Both the position numbers and the translations under genes were made by a program. Of a stretch of 64,000 bases of DNA, positions 39,983 to 49,586 are shown one piece after another (position 1 is the first letter of the stretch; each line of letters starts with the position of its first letter). Below the pieces are notes generated by a model, which was given only the letters and a program-made list of their open reading frames with translations, did not search any database and was not told the DNA's origin. This DNA comes from Lachnospiraceae bacterium (GTDB taxonomy: Bacteria > Bacillota > Clostridia > Lachnospirales > Lachnospiraceae), in the NCBI GenBank assembly GCA_015258095.1, contig JABZIV010000003.1:11021-75020 (forward strand), read 5' to 3'.

Positions 39983-41953
39983 TTAATTCAACCAACGCAT
40001 TTGCCACTCTTTGGCAAGTTCAAGCGCTTCTTCTTTTCCGGACAGTTCTTCCCTCCACTCTTTCGGAATGGAAGAAAGCCCGTAATGTGCAGCGGCAAGG
40101 GTGGAAACCAGGATAGGCAGATTCTTTCCCTGCTCCTTCGTTACAAAACGGAGAGATTTCTCCACGGCTTCCTGATAACTTCCGGTATGTAGGAGCACCC
40201 AGACTGCAATAAAAAGACTCTTCTCCGCACTGCCGTCCGGACTGAGCTCTTCCTCTTTTTTCTGCTTGATTTCCTCAGGATGCAAGAAGGGAAGCAGGGC
40301 GGAATAGTACGAAGCAATCTCATCATAGTCTTTCACATCTTCCCTATGCTGCGCTTTCGCTTCTTCATTCCACTTTGCCTCTTCCTCGTCTTCCGCCTCT
40401 TCCTCTTCATAGAAAAGGCCTACATAAGAAGCCGCTGCAGAAAGCTCTTCTTCCAGGCTTTCCCCGCCGATATGCAAAACCAGATTACGAATCATATAGC
40501 TGTAAAGTTCCGCCATAAGAAGAGCAAGCGGAGATCTGTGTGTCAGCTTTGCTCCGTCATGCAACATTTCCCGATCCAAGTCGGTAAACTGATGCGCTCT
40601 TCTGCAAAGAAGAAGAGCGAAAGGGAGCATCCTGCAAAGCACGGAATCATCGAAAAGGTCCGAGCCGACTTCCTCCGGTTTCTTTCCGGTTGCATAGTGC
40701 ATGACTGCCGCATCTACCGCCTCAACACTGTCTTCTTCTTTTCCGTTCAGAAGGTAGAGTCCCTTGGACTTCCATTCATACATTTTCTCCATCATATCCT
40801 GCATGGATAGACGCTTCTCCGTATTCAAACTGTGGAACGAGGAAAGTAAGATACTGTTTATCGTCGGTCTTAGGCTAAACGCTCCCGCCTGAAAGGGAGG
40901 ATCCTGAACTAAGCCCCTCTCTTTCGAAAGTCCCAGGCTTCCTCCCAGGAGAGAAGAAAGAATCATATTCTCCGCCAAATCTTTCGTAAGACTCCGCTTC
41001 TCTTCATTTTCCTTACTCAATTTATTTCGTCTTTCCCATGCATCGGAAAGCCACTGAATCAGGTTCATGCTTAAGAAGAAGGACTGAGACCAGGGATTGA
41101 TAATCATCCCGTCCATTTTCCCGTTCTCGGAAATATGAATGGCCGCTTTCAATACCTCGGCAATCGGCATCGCAATGGCCGCTGTCGTTTCTTTGTTCTT
41201 CCTCACTTCTTCTCCGGAGGTAAATACCGCCATGGCATCTCTTCCGTCACTGGTACTTAGATGATTAAAATGCACCTGCCCGTCTATCGTCTCTCCCGCA
41301 CTCTTCTCGGTAGAAACAATGGCGACAAGCAGTTCCGCACTCTCCTCCATGCCCGCTAAGAATCCCTGCAAGACTTTCTCAATACCGGACCTTCTCTCCT
41401 CCTCAGGCATCTCTTGATCGTCCGCGTACTGTTTCTGCATCGCATAGTACTTTGTAATGGCGTCCATTATGCCGGCACTCCCTTTCAGCCTTTCCTCTAC
41501 ACGGTCCGTCCGGATCTTATTCTGAAAAGCCTGAATCGCCTCTTTCTGCATAATAAAGCTGTTACTGAACGGATTAATCACCATTCCGGAAGCTTTCGGA
41601 TGCGCTGCCAGAATATGGAGAATTTCCTCTGCGGGGAGTAAAACGGCACTGCTGTCCTGTCCTTCCCCTCCGCCTCTTTTCTCTTCTTCATCGGTAAAGA
41701 CAGCGGCAAAGCTCTTCCCGTCTTCCGTCTGTAAAAACTTCAGCGTAATCTGCTGTTGTCCGTCTTTCTCTCCTGCCGGATCTGCAGCGAGAAGAAGCCC
41801 TCCTCCCTTTTGAATCAAATTTTCCAGCTCTTGAAACACTTGATTCAAGTGTTCTTGGTCTCTATGATCGGAAAACGCCAAAATCTTCTGATGCAGTCCT
41901 TCCGCCATCCTGAGGCGTGCTTTCATCTCCTCTTCCGCTAACTTCTCTGCCAT
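39983..41953 (-). CDS. multidomain protein: two tandem SseB-like domains + C-terminal degenerate ADP-ribosylglycohydrolase-like domain
   Basis: Two repeats resembling the SseB N-domain (LLLAADPAGEKDG...KSFAAVFTDEEE...GMVINPFS and LLVAIVSTEKSAGE...RDAMAVFTSGEEV...GMIINPWS). The C-terminal region aligns with the ARH family (LLGGSLGLS; DDSVLCRMLPFALLL; LAAAHYGLSSIPKEWREEL), but the GGDTDT metal motif is replaced by EQGKNL. Perfect AGGAGGAAAA RBS. Confidence 0.55.
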   Translation of the reverse strand: MAEKLAEEEMKARLRMAEGLHQKILAFSDHRDQEHLNQVFQELENLIQKGGGLLLAADPAGEKDGQQQITLKFLQTEDGKSFAAVFTDEEEKRGGGEGQDSSAVLLPAEEILHILAAHPKASGMVINPFSNSFIMQKEAIQAFQNKIRTDRVEERLKGSAGIMDAITKYYAMQKQYADDQEMPEEERRSGIEKVLQGFLAGMEESAELLVAIVSTEKSAGETIDGQVHFNHLSTSDGRDAMAVFTSGEEVRKNKETTAAIAMPIAEVLKAAIHISENGKMDGMIINPWSQSFFLSMNLIQWLSDAWERRNKLSKENEEKRSLTKDLAENMILSSLLGGSLGLSKERGLVQDPPFQAGAFSLRPTINSILLSSFHSLNTEKRLSMQDMMEKMYEWKSKGLYLLNGKEEDSVEAVDAAVMHYATGKKPEEVGSDLFDDSVLCRMLPFALLLCRRAHQFTDLDREMLHDGAKLTHRSPLALLMAELYSYMIRNLVLHIGGESLEEELSAAASYVGLFYEEEEAEDEEEAKWNEEAKAQHREDVKDYDEIASYYSALLPFLHPEEIKQKKEEELSPDGSAEKSLFIAVWVLLHTGSYQEAVEKSLRFVTKEQGKNLPILVSTLAAAHYGLSSIPKEWREELSGKEEALELAKEWQMRWLN

Positions 41954-42186
41954 CTTTTCCTCCTACTTGTACCCGTGCCAAAACGCAAAACAGCGTCCGG
42001 AACACTGTAAAACAAAACGAGATACCGCACGCTTTGCGAGCGATACTCGTTATGAATCGAAACGACTGCCGGAAACAATCGTTATCACCCAAAGTGCCCA
42101 GTTCGATTCCTTAAGTCTTCTCCCCTCATTTCGGAATACCATAACAGTATAGCAGAGAAGCCAAAACGGGAAAACATTTTTCTACA

Positions 42187-44952
42187 CTACAACCATTCTC
42201 CGAAGTATCGAATATACCATTTTTTCACCGTCTCTACCGAAATACAATAGAGGAAAAGAATCAGCAACAGATAGACAAAGTAATTCGCCGGCATCTTCGT
42301 AAAAGTATCTTTAAAAACCGGGGCAAAAACATACGGGATGAGAACAGCGGAAAGGATTCCCAGAATCGAGGCGAAGGCCAGTCGTACATCACAGTGCGAA
42401 TCCAAAATGGGCCGCTTGGAGGTCCGGATAAACTGTACAATCAAAATCTGAGAAATCAGCCCTTCTATAAACCACCCCGTTTGAAAATGATTCTGCAATG
42501 CCATACTGTTGTATCCCAGGAAAAACCAGAGGACAAGAAAGGTTAGCACATCAAATACGGAAGAAACGCCTCCCATGACATTCATAAAAGAGCTAAGAGA
42601 GGTACTCTTCCATTTATGCGGTTTTTGCAGGAACTCCTCATCCACATTATCCCAGGGGATGGCAATCTGCGTAAAGTCATAAATCAGATTCTGAATCAGA
42701 ATCTGTAAAGGCAGAATCGGCAGGAACGGTAAAAACAAAGAGGCAATCAGAACGGAAAATACGTTTCCGAAATTACCGGACAGAGCCATCTTCATGTATT
42801 TCAAGATGTTCCCGTAGATTCGTCTTCCTTCATGAATGCCGTTTAAAATCACCATCAGGCTCTTCTCCAGAAGGATGATATCCGCGCTTGCCTTTGCCAC
42901 ATCCGTTGCATTATCCACGGAAATACCGACATCGGCATCATGCAGGCTCGGCGCATCATTGACACCGTCTCCCATATAGCCGACGACGTGCCCGTTTTTC
43001 TGTATCGCATTGACCACCCGCTTCTTCTGCATCGGAGAAAGTCTTGCGAAGATATCCCTTTCCTCAACGAGCCGGGAAAGTTCCTCTTCACTGAGCTCAT
43101 CCAGTTCCGTACCGGTAACCGCCTTCTGCTTATCGGCACCCTTCACGCCCACTAAACCGCAGACGTGCTCTACCACAACCGGTGCATCGCCGGAAATGAC
43201 TTTCACCTGTACTCCCGCATGATACAAGCCCTGAATCGCTTCCTTGGCATCCTCTTTCGGCGGATCCAGAAAGGCGACGATCCCGAGGAAAGTCATGTTG
43301 TTCTCATCTTCCGCATGAAAGACTTTCGCATCCTCAATCTCTCTCTTTTTTGCCGCTACCCCGATGATATGCATTCCCTGCTGGTTCAAACTGTCCGTAA
43401 GGGCGGATATGCGCTTCTCATCAAAATCCGCCATATCCATATAGGTCTTGTTCACGCGAACGCGGCTACAGCAGGAAAGAACGGACTCCACTGCGCCTTT
43501 CGTAATCAGCACTTCCTCATTTTTTCCGGGGAGAACCTCCTGAAGAGCACTGTTTTCCGTTCCGAGAGTCGAGGAAACAGCCAGATTCTTATTCTTCCCT
43601 TCCAAAGAATCTTTCCTGTCTTCCTCGGAAATCTTTTCCACATCCGTTCGAATCAGAACGCTCATTCTTCGTCTTTCAAAATCATACGGAATCTCATCCG
43701 TCTTGACAAAACCGCCGGCATACTGATCCACATGATTTTGCTTGCCATAAGCGAGAATTGCCCGGTCAATCACATTTTTTACACCGGTGGAATAAAAGGC
43801 ATTCATCCAGGAGTAGTTGAGAACCAGGTGGGAGCTCTTTCCGTCACACCCCAGATACTCCTGCAAGATAACATTGTCCTGGGTCAGTGTTCCGGTCTTA
43901 TCCGTACAGAGTACATCCACCGCCCCCAGATTCTGAATCGAAGACATATTTTTCACAATCGTCTTCTTCTTCGCCAGGAACTGCGCCCCTTTTGCCAGCG
44001 TTCCGTTCACAATCATCGGAAGCATGCCGGGCGTAATGCCAACCGCCACGGAAATAGCAAAGAGAAATGCTTCCAGCCAGTTTTTCTTGACCAGGCCATT
44101 AATCAAAAGGACAAAAATCACCACCAGAACCATGTAGGTAATCAGAATCCTGGTAATTTTTGCAAGGCTCCGATCAAAATCGGTATCCTTCTTCTCCTTA
44201 TGGATGCTGGAAGAAATGCTCCCGAGGTAGGTGTTTTTTCCGGTAAAACAGATGACCCCGACTCCTGTCCCCGAGTTCACCGTTGAACCGCTCAAACAGA
44301 TATTTTGGAGTTCCGCAGCATTTCCCTCTGTTCTATCCGCACCCTTCCTTTTCTCAACGGGTACGGACTCGCCGGTAAATGCGGAAACCGAAAGAAACAG
44401 GTCTTTACTCTCCAGGAGATATAAATCCCCGCTCACGATATCCCCCGAACCAATCAGCTCGATATCTCCCGGGACGAGTTCTTCCACCGGAATCTCTTCC
44501 ACCTTCGTCCCCTCTTCGGTTTTCACCCGAATACGCACCGTATCATGCTCCATATCCCGGAGCTTTTGCATATCCCGGTAAGAGCCATAGTCCTGCACAA
44601 AACGGATCAATGCACTCATGCAGGCTAAAACCAGAATAATGGAAGCGGATAGAAGATCCCTTTCCAGGAGATAAGTCACGAACGAAAGAATCAAAAGCAC
44701 GATGATAAAAGCATCCATAAAACTATGGAGAAGAAAATAAAACCAACCATGTTTTTCCTTCTCGGAAAGGTCATTTCCCCCATATTCTTCCAGACGCCTC
44801 CTGCGTTCCTCTTCCGAAAGCCCATTCGGATCAGCGGAAAAGGAAGTAAGCACCTCCTCTTGTTCTTTCTTCGCAAGGGCTCTGAATTTCTCCTCTGCAC
44901 TGGTACTTTTTCCCGTATGCAATTCTTTTTGCAGTTTTTCTCCCATAGCCAT
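42187..44952 (-). CDS. mgtA: magnesium-translocating P-type ATPase
   Basis: 921 aa. CTDKTGTLT phosphorylation motif, GDGVNDAPSL, 10 TM helices. MgtA-like N-terminus. Confidence 0.9.
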   Translation of the reverse strand: MAMGEKLQKELHTGKSTSAEEKFRALAKKEQEEVLTSFSADPNGLSEEERRRRLEEYGGNDLSEKEKHGWFYFLLHSFMDAFIIVLLILSFVTYLLERDLLSASIILVLACMSALIRFVQDYGSYRDMQKLRDMEHDTVRIRVKTEEGTKVEEIPVEELVPGDIELIGSGDIVSGDLYLLESKDLFLSVSAFTGESVPVEKRKGADRTEGNAAELQNICLSGSTVNSGTGVGVICFTGKNTYLGSISSSIHKEKKDTDFDRSLAKITRILITYMVLVVIFVLLINGLVKKNWLEAFLFAISVAVGITPGMLPMIVNGTLAKGAQFLAKKKTIVKNMSSIQNLGAVDVLCTDKTGTLTQDNVILQEYLGCDGKSSHLVLNYSWMNAFYSTGVKNVIDRAILAYGKQNHVDQYAGGFVKTDEIPYDFERRRMSVLIRTDVEKISEEDRKDSLEGKNKNLAVSSTLGTENSALQEVLPGKNEEVLITKGAVESVLSCCSRVRVNKTYMDMADFDEKRISALTDSLNQQGMHIIGVAAKKREIEDAKVFHAEDENNMTFLGIVAFLDPPKEDAKEAIQGLYHAGVQVKVISGDAPVVVEHVCGLVGVKGADKQKAVTGTELDELSEEELSRLVEERDIFARLSPMQKKRVVNAIQKNGHVVGYMGDGVNDAPSLHDADVGISVDNATDVAKASADIILLEKSLMVILNGIHEGRRIYGNILKYMKMALSGNFGNVFSVLIASLFLPFLPILPLQILIQNLIYDFTQIAIPWDNVDEEFLQKPHKWKSTSLSSFMNVMGGVSSVFDVLTFLVLWFFLGYNSMALQNHFQTGWFIEGLISQILIVQFIRTSKRPILDSHCDVRLAFASILGILSAVLIPYVFAPVFKDTFTKMPANYFVYLLLILFLYCISVETVKKWYIRYFGEWL

Positions 44953-44994
44953 CCCTCTATCCTCTATTGCAAAACGGCTTTAAAAACAGCCCTT

Positions 44995-45843
44995 TTATCC
45001 CTGTTTGATTTTTGTATTCGGACAGGCAATGCCTTCCCTTTCAAATTCCAAAATCACACGCTTATTAATCGTATTGTAAAGATCCCAGTAATTTGCATTT
45101 TCCGTCCAGGCACGTATGGCAAAGCTTAAGTTTCCCTCGTGCACTTCCGCTAAACCGCAAAAGACTTCCGGCTTGTGAAGAATTCGTTTATCTCCTTCTA
45201 TCGCGTTCTTTAGCGCTTTCTCCACTTTTTCGACTTCTTCCTCTCTGGCAACGGAAAAACTTAAGTCCACTCTTCTTAAAGGTTCCGCGCTACAGTTTAT
45301 GATATTACTGTTCATGAGGTTTCCGTTCGGAATGGAAATCTTCTTATTGTCCGGTGAAATAATCACCGTATAAAAAATACTGACTTCCTTGACGGTTCCC
45401 TCATCATTTCCGCTCTTAATATAGTCATGCACCCGAAAAGGACGAAACAGAAGAAGCATGATGCCGCCTGCAAGGTTCGATAAAGACCCCTGCATGGCAA
45501 GACCCACTGCAACGCCCGCAGAAGCGATTAAAGTAATGACGGATGCCATAGGAACGCCCAATATCCCTATGCAGCTGATTCCGAGCAAAAAATAAAGTAC
45601 GAAGCGCAGGAAGTTCAAAAAGAAGGTCCGTGCGGTCGGATCAATTTTGCCTCCGATTCTGCTCTTCGGGAGAAAGGAGATGAATTTTCTGATGCAGTAG
45701 CTTCCGACAAGAAAAAGAAGTCCGGCAAAAAGAAGTTTCCCGGCAAAGCGACTCAGCCCCTCTACAAGCCCATTTCCAAAGTTCTGTAAACTCCAGGTCT
45801 TAATTTCCTGTTCAACTTGTGCCGTATTGACATTCCCGCTCAT
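44995..45843 (-). CDS. mscS: small-conductance mechanosensitive channel (MscS family)
   Basis: 282 aa, 3 TM helices followed by the MscS beta domain (GTVKEVSIFYTVI...IPNGNL). Confidence 0.85.
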   Translation of the reverse strand: MSGNVNTAQVEQEIKTWSLQNFGNGLVEGLSRFAGKLLFAGLLFLVGSYCIRKFISFLPKSRIGGKIDPTARTFFLNFLRFVLYFLLGISCIGILGVPMASVITLIASAGVAVGLAMQGSLSNLAGGIMLLLFRPFRVHDYIKSGNDEGTVKEVSIFYTVIISPDNKKISIPNGNLMNSNIINCSAEPLRRVDLSFSVAREEEVEKVEKALKNAIEGDKRILHKPEVFCGLAEVHEGNLSFAIRAWTENANYWDLYNTINKRVILEFEREGIACPNTKIKQG

Positions 45844-46006
45844 CGCTTTCTCCCCGTTTTCTTCCCTAAATCAATCTCATTTCATTTCTCATCCATAGAA
45901 CAAGAAAAAGACACCGCGTATCTCTTTTCCTTCCCCTCTTCCTTACCGAATAAAGGATAGCACAAGCGCGGTGTCTTTCCTATAGATAAAATCTCTGTTG
46001 AAAAGC

Positions 46007-46501
46007 TTACTCTACAATCTGTCCTTCTTCTGTCAAAGTATCATTTCTATGCATGAAAACATAAATAATCCGCACAAGAGGGATAATAGCGGAAATAACG
46101 GCAATAACAGACTGGTCTCCCGACCCTTCCATCTTCTTATATAAACCGTTTAAAGTAAAGTACGCGACCACAATCCCGCAAAGTCCCACAATATAAAACA
46201 GGAATCCGTGTACAAAGATGGTCAGAATCGGGAAAATAATCATAAGCACACCCAAAATCATTCCTTGCACTCTATTCCCGAAGATATCCTGATCTCCTGC
46301 AAGAAAGCCGTAGAATCCCTGATTCACAAAAGGAACCCACGCAAGAATCGCATTGCTATCCTGCCCGTTGTTCTTTGCCAAAGTATAGAGGGCAAGCGAC
46401 TCCACAACGTAAAGGGCAATCAAGATTGCCATTACGAGAAAAAGAAAGAATCCGCCCAATGCCAGTACCGCTGAAAAATAATCCATGTCCATTTCCTCCA
46501 T
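46007..46501 (-). CDS. hypothetical membrane protein
   Basis: 164 aa with 4 TM helices. A TTGTTA-17-TATAAT promoter (reverse complement of 46602-46630) lies upstream. Confidence 0.45.
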   Translation of the reverse strand: MEEMDMDYFSAVLALGGFFLFLVMAILIALYVVESLALYTLAKNNGQDSNAILAWVPFVNQGFYGFLAGDQDIFGNRVQGMILGVLMIIFPILTIFVHGFLFYIVGLCGIVVAYFTLNGLYKKMEGSGDQSVIAVISAIIPLVRIIYVFMHRNDTLTEEGQIVE

Positions 46502-46668
46502 AATGATAAACTGATGGAAACTTTCTTCTCCATCCCGAAGAAATATCCATACTCCAAAACCAGCACTCTTTTCCTATCCCTTGTCCGAGCGCAACACGTA
46601 AATTATAACGGAAATGACATAATTTAACAAGTTCCCGGTAAAATTTTCTCTTTTTTTAAAAAAGGAGC

Positions 46669-47241
46669 TTAGTTTTTTCCCTTCTTTCGCACGGAAAAAC
46701 CAAATGTACCCAGCACCTTTCCCAGGCCAAAATACTGTCCGTGCGAATAGGCAAGGAGCTTCGCTTTTTCCAGTTGAAGACGTTTCTTTTCATCCAGCAA
46801 AGCGGAATCGACGTGCACAGCAAGAATTTCCGCGATAAACATATCATGACTTCCGAGGGGAAGAATCTGCCTTACTTTGCACTCCATATTAACAGGACAT
46901 TCTTGAATCATAGGTGTAGAAAGCACTGTCCCTTCTTCTTTATGAAGATGAAGAGCCTCCCATTTATCCATATCCTTTCCGGAACGGACACCGGCTTCAT
47001 CCGTCTCCCGCACCAGCTTCTCTGTCGGAAGATTGACCACAAACTCTCCGCTTTCCACAATCATCGGATGCGAGTAGCGCTCCGCCCGAACGGAGATGGA
47101 CAGCATCGGAGGGGTACTGCAAATAGTTCCTGCCCAGGCGACGGTCAAGAGGTTACTTTCTCCCTTCTTGTTTCTACAGCTCACCAGTACCGGCGGCACA
47201 GGATAGAGCATATTTCCCGCTTTCCAGATTTCTTTTGCCAT
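46669..47241 (-). CDS. flavin reductase family protein (FMN-binding split barrel)
   Basis: 190 aa. LLTVAWAGTICSTPPMLSISV pattern typical of the flavin reductase-like domain. Confidence 0.7.
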   Translation of the reverse strand: MAKEIWKAGNMLYPVPPVLVSCRNKKGESNLLTVAWAGTICSTPPMLSISVRAERYSHPMIVESGEFVVNLPTEKLVRETDEAGVRSGKDMDKWEALHLHKEEGTVLSTPMIQECPVNMECKVRQILPLGSHDMFIAEILAVHVDSALLDEKKRLQLEKAKLLAYSHGQYFGLGKVLGTFGFSVRKKGKN

Positions 47242-47287
47242 ACGTTTCTCCCCCTATAGCATGAGCAGAGTGTAAAAAGCGCTTTCC

Positions 47288-48316
47288 TTAAAAGCTAACC
47301 GGATCCGCAATCTCCCCCGTCCGCACAATATCCTGTAAGTGCAGTACCGGTCCTACACCGTTATATTCTTCCCGTTCTTCCAAGGCGACCTTCACCTTGA
47401 CCTTCGCCCAATCTCTGGTTTGAAACGGCGCAATCTGCTTCTTATCCGCCTTACAGATAAAGCCGAGGAAGCTCATGTCCTGTGCGCAACAGGTCATTGC
47501 CATTCTTCCCGGAATGAACTCGTCTTCCGGCATATTTTTCCGCTTTAAAATCATCGCGGTAAAAGAAAGTTCCTTCCCGAGATATCTCTCCGGATTATCC
47601 ATGCAATCCAGAAACCAGGTTCCATAATCGTTATCGGATATCGCAATCTGATCCTTACTCAAATCATAAGGTAATTCTTCCGGAAGAGCCGACTGGGGAA
47701 TCTCCCCATCCTTATCCTCCAGCATAATCATCGCATTCTGCCCCATGGCACGAAGCTTTCTGCGATAATCCACCATATCCTCACTGGAAAGACCGTCACA
47801 ACGATTGACAATACAGAGCTCGGCTCTCCGAAGCATTTGCCCGAGAAAAGAACGCATATTGGAGAGATACATCTTCAGTGTACTGCCATCCACAATAGTA
47901 ATCACCTGATAGAGAAACCAGTCTTTGGGCATCGATACACTGTACTTCGCCTCCCGATTCTGCTCTTTGGAAAGCACCGCCTCGCTCATCGGGCCGTCAT
48001 ATAAATCGTCCTGATTCCACATCCCGTTCCACTCAATCAGAATTCGCTCGGGATGATACTCTTCTACCAGCTTTTGTAACTTTTCTTCCTGAAAATCGCG
48101 AATATCCTGCATATAAACCGGTGTAGTATGGTACTTTGCGAGTTCTATCGGGTCATACTCTTTCTCTCCCTCCTCACAGAGGAGAAGCAGGGTATTTCCC
48201 TCCGTTTGAAAATATTCCTGCTGCATGGTGTATTGAATAAACGTCGTCTTTCCGCTATCCAAAAAACCGTTGATGAGGAATACCGGAATCCCCGTTTCCT
48301 GAAATTGATCGTCCAT
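47288..48316 (-). CDS. COG0523 (CobW/YjiA/ZigA-like) G3E family GTPase
   Basis: P-loop GFLDSGKTTF, CxxC-type CCAQDMSF motif. Start set at MDDQFQE, which has an AGAAGGAG RBS. Confidence 0.8.
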   Translation of the reverse strand: MDDQFQETGIPVFLINGFLDSGKTTFIQYTMQQEYFQTEGNTLLLLCEEGEKEYDPIELAKYHTTPVYMQDIRDFQEEKLQKLVEEYHPERILIEWNGMWNQDDLYDGPMSEAVLSKEQNREAKYSVSMPKDWFLYQVITIVDGSTLKMYLSNMRSFLGQMLRRAELCIVNRCDGLSSEDMVDYRRKLRAMGQNAMIMLEDKDGEIPQSALPEELPYDLSKDQIAISDNDYGTWFLDCMDNPERYLGKELSFTAMILKRKNMPEDEFIPGRMAMTCCAQDMSFLGFICKADKKQIAPFQTRDWAKVKVKVALEEREEYNGVGPVLHLQDIVRTGEIADPVSF

Positions 48317-48347
48317 ATTACTCCTTCTAACAAATTCCGAAAGAAAA

Positions 48348-49385
48348 CTAAGCAAAAATCGCTTTAATCTTCTCTTTATTCAGTTCCGTACCAATGACAA
48401 CAAACTTACCGATGGACTCCGGACTTCCGTCGCGAATCTCAACCTGCTCCGGTACCATATCAAACTGAATCCATTTTCCGTCTTCCAGCTGCAACATCCC
48501 TTTCGCCCGAACAATACCGCCGTAAGAAGAACCTTCCGCCATCTCTTCCAGAATCTCCTCCAGCTTATCCCGAGAAACTTTCTTAACGATTTCCAGACCG
48601 ATACTGTCAAAAATCTCATCCGCATCATGGTCATGCCCACAACTGCAATGATGATGCGCATGTTCCTCTTCTTCATGATGATGACCGCAGCAGTGTTCGT
48701 GCTCTTCTTCACCGTGATGATGGTGATGATGATCATGATGATGCGCCGCTTTCTCCCGTACTTCCTCGAGCAGCGCCTCTTCCAGATTCTCTTCCTTTCC
48801 GATAATTTCTAAGAGCTTTCGTCCCGACAATTCCTGAATCGGCGTTGTAATCAGATTTGCCTTGGGATTCACTTTACGAACAATGGCAACGGCTTCCTCC
48901 ACCTTCTCCTCTTTCGCAATGTCCGTTCTGGAAAGAACCACGGTCGTCGCAAAGCGAATCTGGTCATCAAAAAACTCGCCAAAGTTCTTGTTATACAGTT
49001 TTGCCTTAGAGGCATCCACAACGGTTACGGCACCATCCAGATGTACCGGAAGATTCGCGGAAACCGTCTTTACCGCGGAAAGAATATCGGAAAGCTTTCC
49101 GACGCCGGACGGCTCTATCAAAATACGGTCAGGCTGATACTTTTCAATCACTTCTTTCAGAGAAGTCTCAAAATCACCGACCAGGGAACAGCAGATACAT
49201 CCCTGATTCATTTCTCGAATCTCGATACCGGAATTCTTCAGAAAGCCGCTGTCAATCCCGATTTCTCCGAACTCATTTTCAATGAGAACCACATTCTCTC
49301 CTTTTAACGCCTCCTGTAAAAGCTTCTGGATAAACGTCGTTTTTCCCGCACCTAAAAAGCCCGAAATAATGTCAATCTGTGTCAT
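48348..49385 (-). CDS. COG0523 G3E GTPase with internal poly-His/Cys stretch (zinc metallochaperone-like)
   Basis: P-loop GFLGAGKTTF, GCICCS motif, and an HHHDHHHHHHGEEEHEHCCGHHHEEEEHAHHHCSCGHDHD linker. Start set at MTQIDII, which has an AAAGGAGGG RBS. Confidence 0.8.
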   Translation of the reverse strand: MTQIDIISGFLGAGKTTFIQKLLQEALKGENVVLIENEFGEIGIDSGFLKNSGIEIREMNQGCICCSLVGDFETSLKEVIEKYQPDRILIEPSGVGKLSDILSAVKTVSANLPVHLDGAVTVVDASKAKLYNKNFGEFFDDQIRFATTVVLSRTDIAKEEKVEEAVAIVRKVNPKANLITTPIQELSGRKLLEIIGKEENLEEALLEEVREKAAHHHDHHHHHHGEEEHEHCCGHHHEEEEHAHHHCSCGHDHDADEIFDSIGLEIVKKVSRDKLEEILEEMAEGSSYGGIVRAKGMLQLEDGKWIQFDMVPEQVEIRDGSPESIGKFVVIGTELNKEKIKAIFA

Positions 49386-49586
49386 ATACCCTCCTTTATA
49401 TCCATCTCTACCCTGTAATCCGTGTAGAAACCAAGTGAAATCGATTTGAACAAAGCGGTTTATTACGAGCATTAGCACTCACCGCTTACGTCTGCCAAGT
49501 ATACGTTTCCCTGAAAAGCCTTGTCAAGCTTTCCCCTCATTCTTCACGATTCTTTCATACTTTCTCTTTCCCTATTAAAAAGACGC

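Noticed and set aside
43165-44286. 373-aa plus-strand ORF antisense to mgtA. Similar long antisense ORFs occur opposite pgk (61854-62861), uvrA (7345-7983), the znu genes (31387-32259) and deoD/udp (16078-16893)
   Set aside because: All lie entirely within well-supported conserved genes on the opposite strand. They have low-complexity, Arg/Ser/Leu-biased translations and no RBS. These are typical shadow ORFs.
44953-44994. Expected an M-box Mg riboswitch upstream of mgtA
   Set aside because: Only 42 nt separate mgtA from the upstream mscS stop. There is no room for the ~160-nt M-box, so mgtA is probably co-transcribed with mscS.
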